64,000 bases of DNA from Candidatus Culexmicrobium cathedralense. GTDB taxonomy: Archaea > Thermoproteota > Methanomethylicia > Culexarchaeales > Culexmicrobiaceae. A model generated the notes under the pieces. It was not told the DNA's origin, ran no database searches, and saw nothing but the letters and a program-made list of their open reading frames with translations. Position 1 is the first letter of the stretch, and each line of letters begins with the position of its first letter. The DNA lies in assembly GCA_025061115.1 (NCBI GenBank), contig JANZKC010000003.1:64001-128000 (forward strand), read 5' to 3'. Of this stretch, positions 58,605-64,000 are shown piece after piece. Position numbers and translations under genes: made by a program.

Positions 58605-59474
58605 ATGGCCGAAAAAAGCATTTGGATCAAGCTGGGCGAATTGGATAGAAGAATTCTATACTGGGCTTTAGTAATTGTTCTAGCAGTACTCTTCATTCAT
58701 CCATTGCTTCTGCCAGTTTCAATCTCTGAAACTACCATTTCACTTTACAACTTCATTGAATAATTAGGTCCAGATGACGTTGTAATAATAGGAATTCAAG
58801 CTGGAGTAAGCGCGTGGCCCGAAGTGCTTCCGGGACTAGTAGTAGTTTCAAAACACCTCATTCAAAGGGGTGCCAAGATAATATATTGGGGATTCTCTAT
58901 CGACGTTGACATGACAATGAACGCAATAAAAGCTAGAGTACCGCAACTTAAAGGTCCAAACGAGGCGGCTGGACCTGGGGACTACAAGTATGGTGAAGAC
59001 TGGGTATACTGCGGGCTTCTGCCTCCAGGAGAAGCCACAGTAGCTCAGTTAGCCGACAACATTCATTCCATAATAAAGTATGACAAGTATAGTATACCCG
59101 TTGAGGAATTGCCATTACTACAACGAGTTAAAAGCGCAAAGGATGTTTCATTAGTAATAACCTCAGACACTGGCGATTATGGTGATTATTACATCAGGCA
59201 TTGGAATGCAAGATACAATACTCCAATAGCTGAAGTTGGAATAGCAATGATTTACTCGAGCTACATGACGTACTATCAAACAGGTCAAGTGATAGGCCTG
59301 CTTAAAGGTTGCAGAGGTGGAGCAGAATACGAGAGGCTGACAGGTGCAATAGGAGAGGGAACACGGAGAATGGATGCGCTTAATGCATCTCACTTACTAA
59401 CGATCTTCGCAGTTATAATTGCCAATCTAAGCTATTTCGCTACAAAGAAATCTAGGAGTGGAGGTGGATCGTAA
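58605..59474 (+). pseudogene. membrane-anchored protein with soluble domain, interrupted by one nonsense codon
   Basis: ATG 58605 abuts the upstream TAG. MAEKSIWIKLGELDRRILYWALVIVLAVLFIHP...LYNFIE*LGPDDVV is in frame with track ORF 58824; TAA at 58761-63. Also YGEDWVYCG and GLLKGCRGGAEYE. Confidence 0.8.
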
Positions 59475-60116
59475 ATGCCCTACCCAACTGAGCCTTTAGA
59501 ATTACTCGGCGCGTGGACAGGAGCTTTATTGACCGTAATGGTCTACAGCTACGTGCTTTATAGAGAAAATGTAGCTTTCAGATTTGCCGAGCACACGTAC
59601 ATCGCAACTTCATTTGCAGTTGCAATAGTGCAAGCTGTTAGGCTTATCAAGAATAACATAATCATCCCATTAAGCAAAGGTGAAGCAATATACATCGTTC
59701 CAGTAATTTTAGGCTTCATGCTATACACGCTGCCCTTCAGGCGCTACAGGTGGATAAGCCGCTATCTAGCAGCCTTCCTAGTTGGCGTAGGTTTAGGATT
59801 ATCAATAAGAGGAACATTAACTGCGCAAATCGTTATGCAAATTCTTGGCTCAATATCAGCGCCAGGTGCAGGTGCAACACCTCTAGATTGGTTCAACTTC
59901 CTTTGGATAGCTCTAGGCTTCGTACTCATAACCATGTACTTCACCTTCACAGTAGAGCATGCCGGTCTGTACTACTATCCTACGAAGCTTGGGAGATACT
60001 TGCTAATGCTGGGCTTAGGCGTATACTTCGGCAATACAGTTCAATTCAGAATGGCAATGCTATCAGGCAGAATTCAGTACTTACTGCAAGTATTCAAAAT
60101 AATTCCATGGCCGTAA
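59475..60116 (+). CDS. multi-pass membrane protein of unknown function
   Basis: About six TM helices, YRENVAFRFAEH, YFTFT, GVYFGNTV and GRIQYL; abuts the upstream stop, GGAGGTGG RBS. Confidence 0.85.
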   Translation: MPYPTEPLELLGAWTGALLTVMVYSYVLYRENVAFRFAEHTYIATSFAVAIVQAVRLIKNNIIIPLSKGEAIYIVPVILGFMLYTLPFRRYRWISRYLAAFLVGVGLGLSIRGTLTAQIVMQILGSISAPGAGATPLDWFNFLWIALGFVLITMYFTFTVEHAGLYYYPTKLGRYLLMLGLGVYFGNTVQFRMAMLSGRIQYLLQVFKIIPWP

Positions 60117-60290
60117 ACAACCTAAATTTTCTACATCAATTTTTACTTACTAGAAATACTTATAATTTAAAATAAATTCAATTCCATAATTAGTCACTTA
60201 TGTGCATTTAAAAGTAAATTTAAAGTGCTTCTCAGAAAATTTAAATCGCTTAACATTAAATTAGAAGTGTATTACTTGGAGGCTTAAGAT

Positions 60291-60809
60291 TTGGCGGAGG
60301 CAGTTACTGTCCTTACAAAAATTGCTCAGCTAGAATTATTGAGAAGATTACTGAAAGTTCCAGGTGATCAAAATCCCCTCAGTTGCATGCAATGTGGAAA
60401 GTGCACTAGTGGATGCACAATAATGGTTTTACTTGAAAATTATCCTCATAGAGTTGTTGATAGAGTTAGGCTAGGCTTAATTGAAGACTTATTAAAATCA
60501 GATGTAATTTGGGCTTGTACTCAGTGTTTAAAGTGCAAGGAAGCTTGTCCCCAGAAGGTTTCACCAATGGAAGTTTTCCTAGCTCTCAGAAATCTAGCTA
60601 TATCTGGAGGTGCAAGTCTCCCTGAATCCTACATGAAAATGCTGGCGACAGCCATTGAAACAGGTTTCATTCAAGAGCCCCTTGAAGTTGTTGGGAGAGA
60701 TGGAAAATCCTATAAGAGAGAGGACCTAGGCCTCCCACCGATAAGCGGCCCGAAAAAACTGGATGTTTTCCAGTTAACAATTATGAAGGCGTTTGAGAAA
60801 AGTCCATGA
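60291..60809 (+). CDS. hdrC: heterodisulfide reductase subunit C-like
   Basis: CMQCGKCTSGC and WACTQCLKCKEACP; GGAGG RBS. Confidence 0.9.
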   Translation: MAEAVTVLTKIAQLELLRRLLKVPGDQNPLSCMQCGKCTSGCTIMVLLENYPHRVVDRVRLGLIEDLLKSDVIWACTQCLKCKEACPQKVSPMEVFLALRNLAISGGASLPESYMKMLATAIETGFIQEPLEVVGRDGKSYKREDLGLPPISGPKKLDVFQLTIMKAFEKSP

Positions 60810-60819
60810 GGTGGCGCAT

Positions 60820-61701
60820 GTGAAGTATGTTATCTATCCAGGATGTCTTACATTGACCGAGCAGTACGCTTATGAGCTATCCACTAGAAGAGTTTTTGAA
60901 GCTCTTGGAATAGAGCTACTAACTCCAGAAAACATCTCCTGCTGCGGTGCTCCTCTCAGGAGTGTAAACGCGTATGGCTGGATCTATCTTGCAGCTAGGA
61001 ATATGGCAGTCTTAGAGGATGAGGAAGCTCCAGCCATGATATTGTGCAACTGGTGCCATCTTTCATTTACTCATGCAAGAAAGCTTCTAAGTGAAAAGGA
61101 AGAACTTAGATTGTGGGTTAATGAGTTGTTAAAAGAGGAGGACTTGGAGTATAGGGGTGATTTAGAATTTAAGCATCTCGTAGAAGTGCTTCACGATGAC
61201 ATAGGCATTAAAGTAATTGCTGAATCAGTCAAAGTTAAACTTGAAAGCCTAACTTTATCACCGCATTCAGGTTGTCAATTAATAAGGCCAACTGAATTGG
61301 GGAGGCCCGACAACTCAGTTAATCCAGTAAAGCTATCAAATCTCATAGAAGCACTTGGAGCTAAAGCCGTAAGGCACGTTGGAGAGCTAGAGTGCTGTGG
61401 GTGGGCTATATATAAGACTAGAGTGGATGCTGGACTAACCCTAGCTGGCAATAGAATTAAAGCAGCTTCAGACGCCAAGGTTGATGGAATGATTGTTGTA
61501 TGCCCGCATGGAGCTGAAATGCTTGATGGAATGCAGAGTGAAGCTGGGAAGGCTATTGGATCAAAGTTGGAATTACCAGTACTCTACTACACGCAGTTAT
61601 TGGGATTAGCGCTAGGCATAGAGCCGAAAGAACTTGGATTGCAACTAAATCGATCTCCTGTTGAAAGAATTTTGGAAAGAATATCCATTAACTCTAGTTG
61701 A
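60820..61701 (+). CDS. hdrB: heterodisulfide reductase subunit B-like
   Basis: Two CCG domains (YPGC..CCG..CNWC; HSGC..CCG..CPHG) and LPVLYYTQLLGLALG. GTG 60820 follows GAGGTG. Confidence 0.9.
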   Translation: MKYVIYPGCLTLTEQYAYELSTRRVFEALGIELLTPENISCCGAPLRSVNAYGWIYLAARNMAVLEDEEAPAMILCNWCHLSFTHARKLLSEKEELRLWVNELLKEEDLEYRGDLEFKHLVEVLHDDIGIKVIAESVKVKLESLTLSPHSGCQLIRPTELGRPDNSVNPVKLSNLIEALGAKAVRHVGELECCGWAIYKTRVDAGLTLAGNRIKAASDAKVDGMIVVCPHGAEMLDGMQSEAGKAIGSKLELPVLYYTQLLGLALGIEPKELGLQLNRSPVERILERISINSS

Positions 61702-61752
61702 TTTAACTTATAAGTGATTTACAATTTCTCTTCATAATATTTTGGCTTAGCG

Positions 61753-63015
61753 TCATTTATTCTTAATTGTCGGAACAAGAAGAGCCGCATCATCAATTAT
61801 AAGTATCTTTGCATCCCTTCCTTTCTCCTTCAAGGCTTCGCTCACTGCTTTTTGCAAGTTACTGCATGGCTTAATGAATATTTTTCTTAATAAATCTTGA
61901 TTCATCGATGTGTAAGCCCAGAGTTCAGCCCAAGAAAGTAGATTTGCTAATCTAGCAGCTTTATGATAACCTAAACGGTAATTATCCTTCACTTTCTCAA
62001 AGACTTCCTGAGGCGAATTAGAGCTTGAAAGCAGATCGTAAAAGTTTCTTGGTCCAATACCTTCCCTACACTCTGCAACTAGAATTAATATTCCGCCTTT
62101 CTTGAGAGCCATTTTTGCGTGCTCAACCGCCTTATGCGCTTGATATAAGCTAATGTCGAGTGGAGGTCTAGCAACTGCAATTACTATGTCAGCTTTCTCC
62201 TCTAATTCAATGCAGTGTACTTTAATTGAAGCTTTTACTGACAGCTCAAATGCGTCTTTTACGTGTCCAGAGCATGAGAAGCAAATTCTTCTCTCTGCAT
62301 CTAAAACTGTCATAATAGTGAATATATCGTTGAATCTAGATAACAGCTCTAGAGCATCCATCATATCTTCATGAACTGGATTTCCATCTAAAGATAATAG
62401 TTGAGCTTTCTCATCCAAGGCGTACATGTGATTATGCTCGATTGTCTCATACCCAGCTACGCCGGGGATAAGGAACTTTCTTCCGCCTGTAAACCCTGCA
62501 AAGTAGTGAGGCTCCACAGAACCAGTAACAATTATCCCATCGGATTGCAGAATCAAGTTATTAACGTATACATCGGTGTCGTAGCTTGTGGTTCCAATAA
62601 AAGTTAAATTGCTTTTTTCTCGGCAATTATGAATCTTAATGTGTTTTCTCAAAGAATTATAAAACTCGCCTAAAATATTATTTAGCTCCAGCTCGGTGGG
62701 AGGTCTATGTGCTCCACTTGCAACGAGAATCGTAATTTCTCGGCTTTTCAAGTATGGGTAAATTGACTTTAATATCTTGGCTGTTGGCGTAGGCCTCTCA
62801 TGATCGTTTATAATCATTGTAACTTTCTCCCTTTCCTCAAGAAATGATGACAAATGCTCAAAGTTCACTGGATTTTTAACTGCAGCTTTAAGTAGTTTGC
62901 TTTCACTTTCAACTTTCAAATATTTTGGCTTTAGTAATTCAATCATGTTTTCTCTGGGTATCTCAATGTTTATAGTGGAAGAACTGTAAGGAATTCTAAT
63001 CTTCATTTTAATCAC
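61753..63015 (-). CDS. larA: nickel-pincer-dependent lactate racemase (LarA) family protein
   Basis: DHERPTP, ASGAHR, HNC, HYFAGFTGGRK, LYQAHK and ECREG. Confidence 0.85.
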   Translation of the reverse strand: MIKMKIRIPYSSSTINIEIPRENMIELLKPKYLKVESESKLLKAAVKNPVNFEHLSSFLEEREKVTMIINDHERPTPTAKILKSIYPYLKSREITILVASGAHRPPTELELNNILGEFYNSLRKHIKIHNCREKSNLTFIGTTSYDTDVYVNNLILQSDGIIVTGSVEPHYFAGFTGGRKFLIPGVAGYETIEHNHMYALDEKAQLLSLDGNPVHEDMMDALELLSRFNDIFTIMTVLDAERRICFSCSGHVKDAFELSVKASIKVHCIELEEKADIVIAVARPPLDISLYQAHKAVEHAKMALKKGGILILVAECREGIGPRNFYDLLSSSNSPQEVFEKVKDNYRLGYHKAARLANLLSWAELWAYTSMNQDLLRKIFIKPCSNLQKAVSEALKEKGRDAKILIIDDAALLVPTIKNK

Positions 63016-63025
63016 TTTTTGTTAA

Positions 63026-64000
63026 TTAATCACTTTTTGTTAATAGTGCTTTAACTGCTGCTACTATGGATTCATCAGAAAATTGTTTTTGCTTGATTGC
63101 TCCGGAGGGGCATGCTGCTGCGCAAACTCCGCATCCTCTACATAATGCAATGTCAAGTTTAGCTACTCCTTCATCAACGTCTATTTCAATAGCTTTGAAG
63201 GGACATGCTGCTGCGCATATTCCGCAACCACTGCACTTTGATTCGTCAATTTCAACCGTAAATGGTTCAATTTCAACTTCGCCTGGAGCTAGTAGAGCTA
63301 TTGCTGCTGCAGCTGCGCCTGCTGCTTGAGCTACGCTATCTGGGATATCCTTTAATCCTTGAGCGCACCCGCAAATGAAAACTCCAGTTACCGCTGTTTC
63401 AACTGGTTTAAGCTTTGGGTGGAGTTCAAGAAGGAAGCCATCTGAACTTCTAGGTAGTTTGAGAAGTGAAATTATTTTTTCAGAATTTGCATTTGGTACT
63501 AATCCGGTTTCTAAAACAACTAGGTCAACTGCGAATCTATATAGCTCATTCGCGTTGATGTCAAAAACGTCAAAAGTTACTTTTCCATTTTCCTCTTTTA
63601 TCTCCATAGGTTTGCCTTTGACTAGGTAGACGTTCTCCATTGACCTAATTCGCCGATAGAATTCTTCAAATCCTTTTCCAGCAGCTCTAATGTCCGTGTA
63701 GAATACGTATACCTTGGAGTTTGGGAGCGATGAAGCTATGTAGTACGCATGCTTCAGTCCAGCCATGCAGCCGACTTTACAGCAATAATTCAAATGTCTT
63801 TCGTCTCTAGAGCCAGCGCAGAGTATTATTGCAACTGACTTTGGAGGTTTTCCTGTTGAAGGGCGTATTATTTTTCCTCTTGTTGGGCCTTCAGCTGATG
63901 AAAGCCTTTCTAACTCCATTCCAGTTATTACGTCTCTAATTTTGCCATAACCATATTCCTCAAGTCGCTTAGGATCGTAGATTTCATATCCAGTTGCAAT
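63026..64000 (-). CDS. hdrA: heterodisulfide reductase subunit A-like (5' part beyond window)
   Basis: Frame is open to the window edge (IATGYEIYDPKRLEEYGYG). CAGSRD..YCCKVGC, YTDIRAAGK, GVFICGCAQG.KDI and two C-terminal ferredoxin motifs. Confidence 0.93.
   Translation of the reverse strand: MATGYEIYDPKRLEEYGYGKIRDVITGMELERLSSAEGPTRGKIIRPSTGKPPKSVAIILCAGSRDERHLNYCCKVGCMAGLKHAYYIASSLPNSKVYVFYTDIRAAGKGFEEFYRRIRSMENVYLVKGKPMEIKEENGKVTFDVFDINANELYRFAVDLVVLETGLVPNANSEKIISLLKLPRSSDGFLLELHPKLKPVETAVTGVFICGCAQGLKDIPDSVAQAAGAAAAAIALLAPGEVEIEPFTVEIDESKCSGCGICAAACPFKAIEIDVDEGVAKLDIALCRGCGVCAAACPSGAIKQKQFSDESIVAAVKALLTKSD

Noticed and set aside
57406-58763. TAA recoding or readthrough as a genetic-code variant
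   Set aside because: Many intact genes here end in TAA, and the same operon also has a frameshift. Decay is more parsimonious.
212-63629. Numerous 60-170 aa ORFs antisense to or nested in the called genes (e.g. 27039-27545, 34214-34669, 47727-48206, 59750-60175)
   Set aside because: Shadow ORFs of well-supported genes, with Ser/Phe/Leu-rich antisense composition and no RBS or motifs.
60291-64000. Evidence of methanogenesis
   Set aside because: HdrABC occur widely in non-methanogens, and there are no mcr or mtr genes in the window.

Overview
Archaeal chromosomal window. GGTGA/GGAGG ribosome-binding sites, TATA-like AT-rich intergenic spacers and archaeal-type TyrRS, DtdA, YchF and translin point to an anaerobic, probably thermophilic Thermoproteota/TACK-type organism (inference). 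Redox and catabolic genes dominate. There are three tungsten AOR-family paralogues (a classic AOR with a radical-SAM maturase and MoaD, a second AOR, and a WOR5-like two-subunit enzyme). A ~15 kb cluster surrounds a three-subunit xanthine-dehydrogenase-family Mo enzyme. HdrCB, HdrA, a LarA homologue, PPDK and a K+-independent H+-PPase are also present. Housekeeping genes include asnS, tyrS, carAB, cobB, dtdA and ychF. No rRNA, tRNA, CRISPR array or transposase was seen. The most unusual items are: (1) a four-gene membrane operon of unknown function (DUF6754-like, 57160-60116) carrying three disabling lesions; (2) an unannotated box C/D sRNA at 47143-47227 whose two guides are both complementary to tRNA-like (Asn-like) sequence, followed by a possible second small RNA; (3) a stand-alone primase-polymerase with a C-terminal PIP-like box, paired with an orphan gene; (4) the XDH/AOR/aminotransferase/deacylase catabolic island with a ubiquitin-like gene inside the XDH operon. 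All family assignments are from motif recognition by eye; no searches were run.
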